Shown here piece after piece: positions 7,392-15,931 of a DNA stretch of 40,059 bases; the first letter of the stretch is position 1, and the number at the start of each line of letters is the position of its first letter. The position numbers and the translations under genes are program-made. Source of the DNA: Candidatus Bathyarchaeia archaeon (GTDB lineage Bacteria; Patescibacteriota; Minisyncoccia; Moranbacterales; UBA11712); the NCBI GenBank assembly GCA_035297345.1, contig DATGZC010000033.1:1-40059 (forward strand), written 5' to 3'. Under the pieces are notes generated by a model. That model saw only the letters and a list, made by a program, of their open reading frames with translations. It was not told the origin of the DNA and did not search any database.

Positions 7392-9611
7392 CTAGTTGCA
7401 CTGATCGATGCTGTCCGTCGATTTCAAATCTTCTTTTTCTCCCCACTTCTGGACGCCTTTTTCCCAAGCGTTGAATTGAGGGTCGGATTGCGGATTTTTG
7501 GGAATAGATCCGCGCGGATCGTCTTTATTCACCCAATAGAGAATATCGTGGGCAGAAAACAATTCTTTTTTCTTTTTGTCCGTCCCGTCCGGGCAGCTGT
7601 CTCCTTCAGGGAGGCAGTATTTGTTTTTCTTCATTTTGCAAACAATAGTATCCTTTTTCTCCCCGTTTACTGTGCCGTCGAGGACCGGCTTCCCGGTTTT
7701 TTCGGTCGGCGCCTCCGGAAATTTTTCAATGACGGTGTTCACAAGGGCGCGGTTCATGAAATCCCGCCAGATCGGCGCGGCTGAATACACTCCGTCGGCA
7801 CCTTGAGCCATCGGCGCATTGTTGTTGTTTCCTGCCCAGACGCCCACGACAAGTCCCGGCGTATAGCCGACCGTCCAGGCGTCCCGCCATTCGTTGGTGG
7901 TCCCGGTCTTCACGGCGACCGGCCGGTCGTCGAAGCGGAGTGGAGTATTCGACCCGAAAATCGGGGTGCGCAATTTGTTGTCGGAAAGAATAGAGTCGAT
8001 TTTCGCGCAGACATCCGTATCAAGCACTTTTTCGCCCGCACTGTTTTTGAATTCCTGCAAAACTTTTCCTTGTCCGTCTTCGATCTTGAGAATGGCCGTT
8101 TTTTCATGGCGCACTCCGGCAGTGGCGAATGTTCCGAATGCGTTCACATGATCAAGAAGCGTCACTTCGCCGCCGCCCAAAACGAGGGACAATCCGACGC
8201 GCGAAGGATCATTGATGGTGGTGATTCCCATGGACTTGGCGGTATTGGTGGCATTGTTCACGCCGGCCAGGTACAAAGTTTTCACGGCCGGAATGTTCAA
8301 GGATTCCGCCAGTGCCTCTTTCATCTTCACCGGTCCGCGGAATTTTCCATCATAGTCCATCGGCACGTATGGCTGGTCTTTGGTCCCGAAGTTCGTTTCA
8401 GTGTCGAAAAGGACCGTGTCGGGAGTGTAGCCTTTTTTGAAAGCGGTCGCATAGACGTACGGCTTGAATGAGGAGCCTGGCTGGCGAGGGCGGATGGCCA
8501 CGTTCACATTGCCGTCGATCGTCTTGTCAAAATAGTCGCGCGAGCCGACCATGGCGAGGATCTGTCCCGTCTTCGGATCGATGGCGACGAGTGCGGCGTT
8601 GGTGGCTTTGTATTTGGTGATGTTTGCGGCCACGCCTTTCCTCACCGCCTCCTCGGCCGCCTGCTGCTTGTCCCAATCGAGGGTCGTGAAAACTTTCATC
8701 CCGCCTTCTTCAGCTTGTTTCTCTCCATACAGGTCCACCAACTGTTCTTTGACGTACATCACGAAATGCGGCGCGGAAATATTTTCCTGAAAAGGACGGA
8801 TTTCAGCCAGGACGTCGAAATCTTTTGCCTCCTTGGCTTCGGCTTCGCTGACATAGCCGAGTTTGGCCATTTGGTCCAGGATATATTCCTGCCGGTATTT
8901 GAGCTCGTCCGTGTGAGTCCCGTAGGGTGAATAATATGTCGTGGCTTGAGGGAGGGCGGCGAGAATCGCCGATTCAGCGAGCTTCAGATCTTTGGCGTCT
9001 TTTCCGAAAAAGGTCTGGGACGCCGCCTGGATGCCATAGGCGTTCGAGCCATAAGGGATCTCGTTGAGATACATCTCAAGAATTTCGTCCTTGGAAAATT
9101 TTTGCTCAAGTTCGACGGACAGGATCACTTCCTTCACTTTGCGCGTAAAAGTTTTTTCTTTCGTCAGCACCGTATTTTTGATCAGTTGTTGGGTAATGGT
9201 CGATCCGCCCTGGCTTCGGGCGCGCCCCAAGATATCGTACAGAGCGGCGCGGATGACGGCTTTGAACTGGACGCCGTGATGCTGATAGAAGGACTGGTCT
9301 TCAGCGGAGATGGTGGCGGCACGGACAATCTCGCTCATTTGATCAAGGGGAATGCTCGTCCGTTTTTCTTCGCCGTGAATTTCATAGAGGATATGCTCGC
9401 CGGTGCGATCATATATCTTGGTCGATTCGACGACTTGCCGGTCGTTCAGTTTGGTCGGGCTGGGAAGATCCTTGGCATAGTAGGCGAAAACCCCGATCGC
9501 GAACAGCAAAAAAGCGGCCGCCCCCCAACAGCCGATCCGCAGAAGCCGCCGCATCCAGCGCTTTTTTGGCTTTTTCAAGGCATTTTTAGTGTTATCGACA
9601 AAGTTTTGCAT
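7392..9611 (-). CDS. Class A penicillin-binding protein (PBP1A: glycosyltransferase plus transpeptidase)
   Basis: N-terminal TM helix. GT51 motifs EDQSFYQHHG and RKVKE. Transpeptidase motifs SSFKP, SLN and KTGT. Confidence 0.95.
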   Translation of the reverse strand: MQNFVDNTKNALKKPKKRWMRRLLRIGCWGAAAFLLFAIGVFAYYAKDLPSPTKLNDRQVVESTKIYDRTGEHILYEIHGEEKRTSIPLDQMSEIVRAATISAEDQSFYQHHGVQFKAVIRAALYDILGRARSQGGSTITQQLIKNTVLTKEKTFTRKVKEVILSVELEQKFSKDEILEMYLNEIPYGSNAYGIQAASQTFFGKDAKDLKLAESAILAALPQATTYYSPYGTHTDELKYRQEYILDQMAKLGYVSEAEAKEAKDFDVLAEIRPFQENISAPHFVMYVKEQLVDLYGEKQAEEGGMKVFTTLDWDKQQAAEEAVRKGVAANITKYKATNAALVAIDPKTGQILAMVGSRDYFDKTIDGNVNVAIRPRQPGSSFKPYVYATAFKKGYTPDTVLFDTETNFGTKDQPYVPMDYDGKFRGPVKMKEALAESLNIPAVKTLYLAGVNNATNTAKSMGITTINDPSRVGLSLVLGGGEVTLLDHVNAFGTFATAGVRHEKTAILKIEDGQGKVLQEFKNSAGEKVLDTDVCAKIDSILSDNKLRTPIFGSNTPLRFDDRPVAVKTGTTNEWRDAWTVGYTPGLVVGVWAGNNNNAPMAQGADGVYSAAPIWRDFMNRALVNTVIEKFPEAPTEKTGKPVLDGTVNGEKKDTIVCKMKKNKYCLPEGDSCPDGTDKKKKELFSAHDILYWVNKDDPRGSIPKNPQSDPQFNAWEKGVQKWGEKEDLKSTDSIDQCN

Positions 9612-9620
9612 CTTGGTTTA

Positions 9621-10688
9621 CTACGAAGTTAGCGGATTATTGTTTTCGCTTAGAGTTATGATTATTTTATTATATAACTCAATATATTTCTCCGCCATCA
9701 CAGAGCTGTCAAAGTTTTTCTCGGCGTACTCACGGCATTTTTTTCGGTCGAACTGGCTGGCTTCTCTGACGACCTTCACTAGCTCGCGAGCGTCGTTTGA
9801 TAAGCGGCAAATTTTCTTGTTATTTTTCAAAAGTTCGGGCAGCGGATTGATTTTTGTTCCAATTACGGGGGTTCCGCAGGCCAAGGCTTCCATGATGACC
9901 ATCGGGCATACCTCCGGGCGGCGGATTGTAAACAACAACGCCTCTGCATCCCGAAGATAATCGAAGATTCGGCTGTTGGGAACTTCTCCCATGTGAACAA
10001 CCATCGCTCCATCCAGATGGGGTTTTATTTTCGTCCTGAAATAGGCCTGCCTTTTTTCTGAGAGTCCGATTCGGCCGAATATAAGAAGCTTTTTCTTTGC
10101 CCTCTTGGCAATCTGAATAGCGGTATCAATTCCCTTTTGATCATCCAGCCTTCCGATCGCAATCAGATATTTTCCGGGCTGATAGGAGGGCTCAATCTTG
10201 CTGACTGGGATCCCGTTCCAAATCGTCGCGGATGTTTGATATCCGTTTTTTTGGCTCCTTGAAAGGGATACCGCAAATATATTTGCCCTTTTGATTTGGA
10301 TAAATTCTGGCTCGGTGATTTTGTTGTGATAGGAGAGGACGCAGGGGGCGTTGGAAAATTTTCCAATGAGGTAGGCGTAGCGCTGGGAGTGAAAATGAAT
10401 TATGTCAAATTTTTTTTTGGAAAAAAGGACTTTGAGCTGGCTCTCAATTATCAAATTTCGCCTGATTTTTGTCGATTGGTCGGCAAAATTTTTCATATTC
10501 CACAGACTTTTTTCAAGCGTCGGAATATGTTTTGCAGAAGTCTTCCAATCTCTTGGTGCAAAGAGCGTGACATCCACGCCTTTTTTCACGAGCGCTTCGG
10601 TCAAGTTTTGGACCAATACCTCCGGTCCGCCCCACGGACCGAAGGGAGGAGCGACGATAGCAATTCTGAGTTTTTTCTGCTTTGACAT
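9621..10688 (-). CDS. Glycosyltransferase, GT-B fold (GT4-like)
   Basis: LRIAIVAPPFGPWGGPEV at the N-terminus. The C-terminal half carries the E...E-type motif (PEVCPMVIMEALACGTPVI). Confidence 0.8.
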   Translation of the reverse strand: MSKQKKLRIAIVAPPFGPWGGPEVLVQNLTEALVKKGVDVTLFAPRDWKTSAKHIPTLEKSLWNMKNFADQSTKIRRNLIIESQLKVLFSKKKFDIIHFHSQRYAYLIGKFSNAPCVLSYHNKITEPEFIQIKRANIFAVSLSRSQKNGYQTSATIWNGIPVSKIEPSYQPGKYLIAIGRLDDQKGIDTAIQIAKRAKKKLLIFGRIGLSEKRQAYFRTKIKPHLDGAMVVHMGEVPNSRIFDYLRDAEALLFTIRRPEVCPMVIMEALACGTPVIGTKINPLPELLKNNKKICRLSNDARELVKVVREASQFDRKKCREYAEKNFDSSVMAEKYIELYNKIIITLSENNNPLTS

Positions 10689-10690
10689 AA

Positions 10691-11656
10691 TTATTCCAAC
10701 ACTTTGGTTAGCTCAAGAAAATTTTTGTTTTTTATTTTTTCGTTGCCGACGAGGTGCAAGAGATCGAAACCGGGCGTAGTGTTGATTTCCATCAGGACCG
10801 GCTTGCCTGCATTTGTGTAGATAAGGTCGATCGAGTAGTTGGCTTGGGGAAATATTTTCATTCGGCTTGTTATTGCCGTAACGATTTTTTTGGCTGATTG
10901 CGGGATGTTTTTTTCCGGAACGAGAACAGCTGTCGCTCCTTGATGGAAGTTTGTGAAAAGGGACCCTCTTTTGGCGATTCTTGAAAGGGCATAGATCAAT
11001 TTGTGATTGAAGAAAACCATTCTTAAATCGGCAACCTCGCTTTTCTTGGAAAAGCCAGGCACGCCCTTGTTGCTCTTCACGAATTCCTGAACCAATATCG
11101 GGTATTCAAGTTTGAGGGAGGCAGCTTTCTTCTTTTCGGTGATGGTTATGCCGAATCCGCCTGATCCATAAAAAGGCTTCAGGACGACTTTTTTTGATTT
11201 TATTTTTTTCAGACCTTCAATCAGATCCCTCTTCGAATCAGCCAGATATGAAGCCGGCATGAAATCTTTGAAGATAATGTACTGATTGAGTTTGTTGTCA
11301 AAAATTGTCCGGAACAGCGGCGAGTTGAAAATTTTCACCCGTCGACTGATTCTCAGTTTTTGCTCGAAAAAATCGTAGTCGAATTTTCCGGCGATCTTGT
11401 CAAAAATCAGGTCGGGCTTGATCGGCTGGTCACTTTTTAGCCATTTTTTGTCACGATATGCCCAGGTCTTCCGAAAGACATTTTTTTTCTCATCATACCA
11501 CTGTATACTGGCACGGAACATTTCAACTCCCCGTGCGAGCCCCCTTTCATGCCAGTCCTCAAATGATTCGCGGGTTGTGGGATGTTTTTCAAGAGGCAGC
11601 TTCTTCTTCCAGTCGTCTCCTTTGTACACCACAACAATTTTTTTGAATTTTTTCAT
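10691..11656 (-). CDS. ATP-grasp domain protein (YheC/D- or sugar-transfer-associated type)
   Basis: VVLKPFYGSGGFGITI, ILVQEFV, DLRMVF, and MEINTTPGF at the C-terminus. Confidence 0.7.
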   Translation of the reverse strand: MKKFKKIVVVYKGDDWKKKLPLEKHPTTRESFEDWHERGLARGVEMFRASIQWYDEKKNVFRKTWAYRDKKWLKSDQPIKPDLIFDKIAGKFDYDFFEQKLRISRRVKIFNSPLFRTIFDNKLNQYIIFKDFMPASYLADSKRDLIEGLKKIKSKKVVLKPFYGSGGFGITITEKKKAASLKLEYPILVQEFVKSNKGVPGFSKKSEVADLRMVFFNHKLIYALSRIAKRGSLFTNFHQGATAVLVPEKNIPQSAKKIVTAITSRMKIFPQANYSIDLIYTNAGKPVLMEINTTPGFDLLHLVGNEKIKNKNFLELTKVLE

Positions 11657-11663
11657 GAAAAAA

Positions 11664-13067
11664 TTATTTTATTTGGATTAAGAATTTTTTGAGGTCTTTT
11701 TTTCCGACAATCATTGGATATTTCAATCCGGTCCGTTTGATAACGTTTGTCTTTGAAATCACCTCCTCGTTATTCATGACAAAACTTATTTTCACTTTCG
11801 GGCGGATCGTCACGCCGCTGGAAGAGTATATAATGACGATATCTTCCAAATCCTCATGGCCTGCCAAATATTTTTTTCTTAGATCTTCCTCAATCTCTTT
11901 TGCCTGTTCGCGGGGGAAATCCGACGGCTTCTCGATTTTTTCAAAATAACTCAGAACATCTTCGAAACCCAGTTCTTTAGCAAGCGACACATCTAGGGAC
12001 GATGATTGTGCTCCTGTGTCTATCTTCGCCTCAACTTCCGTTTCTCTTCCATTTTTTCCAATCAATTTCACTTTCTCGACCGTTCCGATGATTTTCTTTC
12101 CCGAGATGTCCTCGATTTCTTCTTCAATTTCACCTCCAAAAAGGTTCATTCCGACGGCCACGCCTTTTTCGGCGGTTTTTATTTTCAAACCTTCGACGCG
12201 TTGCAAGCGGCCGAGTAAACCATCTAAATTTGCAATCTGGATTGAGAGTCCCGGGCGGGCGTTGAGCTCCAAGAAGACCGGGCCGCGGTCGCGATCGATC
12301 GCAATATCGGCGCCGAGATAGCCGAGTCCCGAAATTTCCTGCGCGCGGACCGCCAGGCTCAAGATTGTTTTCCAATATGGGACGCGGATTCCCGAAAGGA
12401 CAAGCCGGGAGCCCGGAAGATATTCAATGATGGTGTTTTTGTGATAGACGGCCGTGGTCGTCACGCCCGAAGCCATGTCGATTCCCACGCCGACCGCTCC
12501 TTGCTGGAGGTTTGCCTTCCCGTCCGATTCGCGGGTTGGGAGGCGGAGCATTGCCATCACCGGCACCTTATTGTATACGACGATGCGGATGTCCGGGATT
12601 CCTTTGAAAGCGTAGGGCTTGAAGAGCTTCAAGAGTTTCAAGCGCTCTTCAAAAAAAGCGATATCCGGAGTGCCCGAGAGAGAATAGCTTCCGTCGATAA
12701 TGTTCGTGATGTGCGTCTTGATGTCTTCGATCGTGATGAGTGATCCGTCGGCTTTGATCCACGTATTTTCCATATTCTTCTTCTTTCCATAGACGACCAA
12801 AATGCCTTCACCGCCGAATCCGCGGTTCGGTTTCAAGACCCAGGAATCGGGAAGCGCGCTCCAATCGAAATCTTCGAGTTCGTCCAAGTTCTTTATTTTC
12901 GCGACGAGGCTTGGGACGGGCAGATCCGCTTTTTTGAGAAAACGCTTGCTCAAAAGTTTGTCGTCGGCGAGGCGCTTGGCGCGGCGAAGATTGTTGGGAC
13001 GAATAAAAGTCAGATTGCGGGCGTTCATTCCCAAAATTTTTCGGCTGTTTTTGAAGAACGCTATCAT
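11664..13067 (-). CDS. Alpha-L-glutamate ligase-like (RimK-related) ATP-grasp fused to a C-terminal retropepsin-like (putative ATP-dependent zinc protease, RimB-type) domain
   Basis: The start is set at ATG 13067, which overlaps the TGA of the 7TM gene (ATGA). The N-terminus ILGMNARNLTFIRPNNLRRAKRLADDKL.SKRFL is characteristic of this ligase family. VLKPNRGFGGEGI and ELNARPG are also present. The C-terminal part contains AKIDTGAQSSSLD, encoded around 11988-12030. Confidence 0.8.
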   Translation of the reverse strand: MIAFFKNSRKILGMNARNLTFIRPNNLRRAKRLADDKLLSKRFLKKADLPVPSLVAKIKNLDELEDFDWSALPDSWVLKPNRGFGGEGILVVYGKKKNMENTWIKADGSLITIEDIKTHITNIIDGSYSLSGTPDIAFFEERLKLLKLFKPYAFKGIPDIRIVVYNKVPVMAMLRLPTRESDGKANLQQGAVGVGIDMASGVTTTAVYHKNTIIEYLPGSRLVLSGIRVPYWKTILSLAVRAQEISGLGYLGADIAIDRDRGPVFLELNARPGLSIQIANLDGLLGRLQRVEGLKIKTAEKGVAVGMNLFGGEIEEEIEDISGKKIIGTVEKVKLIGKNGRETEVEAKIDTGAQSSSLDVSLAKELGFEDVLSYFEKIEKPSDFPREQAKEIEEDLRKKYLAGHEDLEDIVIIYSSSGVTIRPKVKISFVMNNEEVISKTNVIKRTGLKYPMIVGKKDLKKFLIQIK

Positions 13068-13708
13068 TTGGATTTCAATATTTGACGAAAGCGGAAATAT
13101 TCCGTGAGGCGCAGGCCCGTCCATTTGCCGAGGAAGATGTTGACCGGGATCGTGAGCAGGCTTATCCATGGATAGATCAGCACGACGCTGATTAAGGTCG
13201 GCCAGCTGGCGATATAGTATCCGATGACGGAGATGGCAAGCGTTTCAATGGCAAGGATTACAGCAGTGCGGGCGCCTTTTTCAATTTGGACAGCCACGAA
13301 TTTCTCAACAAGAGTGATCATGATGAGAATCGGAAAAATTGAGACGCTTGCGAGGCCGGTCCGGTTGTATATCCCTCCGACGATAAGAAGGACGAGGATC
13401 GAAAAACCGACGATTGTGATCATGATGGCGACGCGCGGAAGATAGAGCAGGCGGATCTGCTTCAGAAGAAAGCGGACAAAAGTTCCCATCACGATGACGG
13501 TGGCAAAAATGATGATGCCGTATTTGATCTGGTTTGTGGCGAGAAAGGCGAAGGTGATGATCGCGGGGGTGTAGATTCCGAAAGCCTTGATTCCGACCAC
13601 TTGGCGGAAAAAAGCAATGAGGGTCACGATGATCGGCAAAATGAGGACCAGCACGAGAGTGTCGAGCGGCACTCCGTTCGAAAGGGCGAGTTGGGCGAAT
13701 TGGTTCAT
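13064..13708 (-). CDS. 7TM membrane protein (the 7TM module usually fused to an inactive transglutaminase)
   Basis: 214 aa with about 7 hydrophobic helices. FRQVVGIKAFGIYTPAII is typical of that family. It is translationally coupled to the ligase gene. Confidence 0.72.
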   Translation of the reverse strand: MNQFAQLALSNGVPLDTLVLVLILPIIVTLIAFFRQVVGIKAFGIYTPAIITFAFLATNQIKYGIIIFATVIVMGTFVRFLLKQIRLLYLPRVAIMITIVGFSILVLLIVGGIYNRTGLASVSIFPILIMITLVEKFVAVQIEKGARTAVILAIETLAISVIGYYIASWPTLISVVLIYPWISLLTIPVNIFLGKWTGLRLTEYFRFRQILKSK

Positions 13709-13752
13709 TGGGATATTGATTATGAATAAAAAAAGCCCCTCTAGTTGGCTTA

Positions 13753-13781
13753 ATCTTACTTATTTTTTGGGCGTTTGTCAA
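13753..13781 (-). promoter_or_regulatory. Sigma70-like promoter for the 7TM/ligase operon
   Basis: On the minus strand: TTGACA (13781-13776), N17, TAAGAT (13758-13753). Confidence 0.45.
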
Positions 13782-13839
13782 CCCAAAAAGGTTCGAATTT
13801 GTTTTCCAAAGCTTGGCTTTGAGGAATTTTTAATCCCGC

Positions 13840-14352
13840 TCAGCGGGAGAAAAAGGAAAAAGCCGAGCTTTGGGAAAATTTCATCTTGCGTGAATTCAAA
13901 TGGCAGATCGCGATGGCCACGGCATCCGCGGCATCGTCGGGCTTGGGGATGCACTTGAGATTCAAAATATTTTTCACCATCAGCTGAATCTGCTTTTTGT
14001 CGGCCCGGCCATATCCGGTGAGGGCTTGCTTCACCTGAAGCGGCGTATAGCTCTCGATCGGCAGTTTGTTTTTCTTGAGCTCATACAAAACTACCCCGCG
14101 CGCTTGGGCGACGGTGATGGCGGTTTTTTGATTGTTGAAGAAAAACAGATCCTCGATGGCGGCTTCGTCCGGCTTGTATTTTTTGACGAGTGTTTGGATA
14201 TCCCGCCCAATTTCAACCAGCCGTTCCGCATCGGATTTCAATTTCGATGTATTCACGCACCCGCAGGCCACGAGCCGCGGATTTTTTTTGATTTCCTCAA
14301 CCACGGCCCAGCCGGTGGTGGCCGTCCCAGGGTCGATTCCGAGTATTTTCAT
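13840..14352 (-). CDS. ruvC: Crossover junction endodeoxyribonuclease RuvC
   Basis: MKILGIDPGTATTGWAVVE... with DAADAVAIAICH at the C-terminus. It overlaps the yebC stop by 4 nt. Confidence 0.95.
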   Translation of the reverse strand: MKILGIDPGTATTGWAVVEEIKKNPRLVACGCVNTSKLKSDAERLVEIGRDIQTLVKKYKPDEAAIEDLFFFNNQKTAITVAQARGVVLYELKKNKLPIESYTPLQVKQALTGYGRADKKQIQLMVKNILNLKCIPKPDDAADAVAIAICHLNSRKMKFSQSSAFSFFSR

Positions 14353-15065
14353 AAGTTATCATATATCTCCTGCACGTCGTCGAGTTCGTCGAGTTTTTCG
14401 AGAAGTGTTTCGTAGTCTATTTTTGTGTCTTGGTCGATTTCGATCGGGTCGAGGGGATGGAAGATGATGTTGGCGTTGTCGATTTCAACTCCGCTTTTTT
14501 CCAAGGCGTCCTTTACTTTTTTGAGTTCTCTTGGCTCGGTGTATATCTGAAGAAGTTCGGCTTGAAATATGGTATCAATGGCTCCGGCTTCGATCGCTTT
14601 CATCTCAAGATCGTCCGCGTCTTTATCCGTCGTGTCGACATAAATAACACCGACTTGTTTGAAGAGGTGCTTGAAACTTCCGGCCGGGACCATTTTGACG
14701 TTCGTTTTATTGAAAATCGCTTTGAGTTCGGAAACAGTTCGATTCTTATTGTCCGTCGCGGTTTTCACGAGCATTGCGATGTTTCCCGGCGCCAGCGCTT
14801 CGTAGACTATCTCTTCAATTTGGGCGGCGTCCTTGAGCTCGCCCGTGCCGCGCTTCACTGCCCGGTCGATATTGTCTTTCGGCATATTGACGGCCCGCGC
14901 CTGGTCGATCGCGATGCGCAATTTGAAATTCATATCCGGGTTGCCTCCGCCTTCTTTCGCGGCGAGTGTCACGATCCGCGCCACCTTCGTGAAAACCCCG
15001 GCGCGTTTCGCGTCAGCCAATCCTTTTTTGTGTTTTATCCCCGCCCAATGTGAGTGTCCTGACAT
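14349..15065 (-). CDS. yebC: YebC/PmpR family transcriptional regulator
   Basis: MSGHSHWAGIKHKKG...RAVKRGTG; collinear over the full length. Confidence 0.95.
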   Translation of the reverse strand: MSGHSHWAGIKHKKGLADAKRAGVFTKVARIVTLAAKEGGGNPDMNFKLRIAIDQARAVNMPKDNIDRAVKRGTGELKDAAQIEEIVYEALAPGNIAMLVKTATDNKNRTVSELKAIFNKTNVKMVPAGSFKHLFKQVGVIYVDTTDKDADDLEMKAIEAGAIDTIFQAELLQIYTEPRELKKVKDALEKSGVEIDNANIIFHPLDPIEIDQDTKIDYETLLEKLDELDDVQEIYDNL

Positions 15066-15094
15066 AAGATTCAGATTATTACTTGCTAAAATTA

Positions 15095-15123
15095 ATACTA
15101 GCCCGTATCTGGGATTGTTTCAA
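15095..15123 (-). promoter_or_regulatory. Sigma70-like promoter for yebC-ruvC
   Basis: On the minus strand: TTGAAA (15123-15118), N17, TAGTAT (15100-15095). Confidence 0.45.
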
Positions 15124-15137
15124 GATATTCAAATTAA

Positions 15138-15169
15138 AAACAGGCATGCGCAGCTGCGCATGCCTGTTT
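15138..15169. terminator. Perfect 32-bp palindrome that acts as a terminator for the histidine phosphatase gene
   Basis: The palindrome is AAACAGGCATGCGCAG|CTGCGCATGCCTGTTT, with T-runs on both strands. Confidence 0.75.
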
Positions 15170-15188
15170 GGTTTTCGTCAGGTTGAGG

Positions 15189-15725
15189 TTAGGGTCCGAC
15201 GGCGACAAAAGAAATTTCCTGGCCGTTTTGACTCTGCACGAAGTCGACATATTGCAAGGTCTTCAGGCTGTGAGCCCTTCCCCAGCCAAAATAATGAGCA
15301 GCAAGAGAGATTAGTGGATCGTGGCCAACCGCAATGCCATAGCCTCGGTCTTTCATCCGTGAAAACATCCCGATAACCGCTACAGCGGCGGTATATTCCC
15401 ACCCGAGAATAATGTTGTGCGGGAAGACTGAAATGATTGCGTCAAAATTGCTGAGGCCGCTTTCAACCGCTGCGATGAATTCGGGCGTATCGGCCTCTGC
15501 CTCCAATGCCTCCGTCCCGACATCTTCAATGGGTTCGTGAATATGGAGGTTCCAATTCAAGACTTCGGCAAAAGCGAGCAGGGTCTGGGCGGTGCGGATG
15601 AGGGGGCCGTAGAAGCCGTCGGTATAAGGTTCGATGGGCAATTCCCGCTTGGCTCTCTCAAGACCTGCGGGGGTGATAAATTGGCCTTTTTTGTCAGAGT
15701 GACGGAAATACCGCAGTTTTTTCAT
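15189..15725 (-). CDS. Histidine phosphatase (phosphoglycerate mutase-like) family protein
   Basis: RHS motif (YFRHSDKKG) near the N-terminus and a second catalytic His context (AVGHDPLIS). Confidence 0.65.
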   Translation of the reverse strand: MKKLRYFRHSDKKGQFITPAGLERAKRELPIEPYTDGFYGPLIRTAQTLLAFAEVLNWNLHIHEPIEDVGTEALEAEADTPEFIAAVESGLSNFDAIISVFPHNIILGWEYTAAVAVIGMFSRMKDRGYGIAVGHDPLISLAAHYFGWGRAHSLKTLQYVDFVQSQNGQEISFVAVGP

Positions 15726-15874
15726 GTGCTAGCCCTCCTCAGGCTTGATTGTATGTTCGTTGATCAGGCGAATAACACATATTCAACCTAATGGACTAAT
15801 ATAATTCATTCGGAACGAATAGTCAAGTAATGGAAAATTATTGCCTAGTATACTATGCAATATAATTCTAATTA

Positions 15875-15902
15875 TTGACAAACTTAGTCATTATGATAAG
15901 CT
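15875..15902 (+). promoter_or_regulatory. Sigma70-like promoter for the island operon
   Basis: TTGACA (15875-15880), N16, TAAGCT (15897-15902), in a very AT-rich spacer. Confidence 0.4.
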
Positions 15903-15931
15903 ACGGTCACTAATTCAGATAAAGCAATTAT

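Noticed and set aside
7476-9632. Several plus-strand ORFs (7476..7784, 7803..8471, 8946..9632 and others)
   Set aside because: All lie antisense within the unambiguous PBP1A gene.
11664-13169. Upstream extension of the ligase gene to the start at 13169 (501 aa)
   Set aside because: The extension would overlap the 3' end of the 7TM gene by about 100 nt and encodes a Pro/Gly/His-rich non-homologous leader. ATG 13067 gives the family-typical N-terminus and an ATGA coupling overlap.
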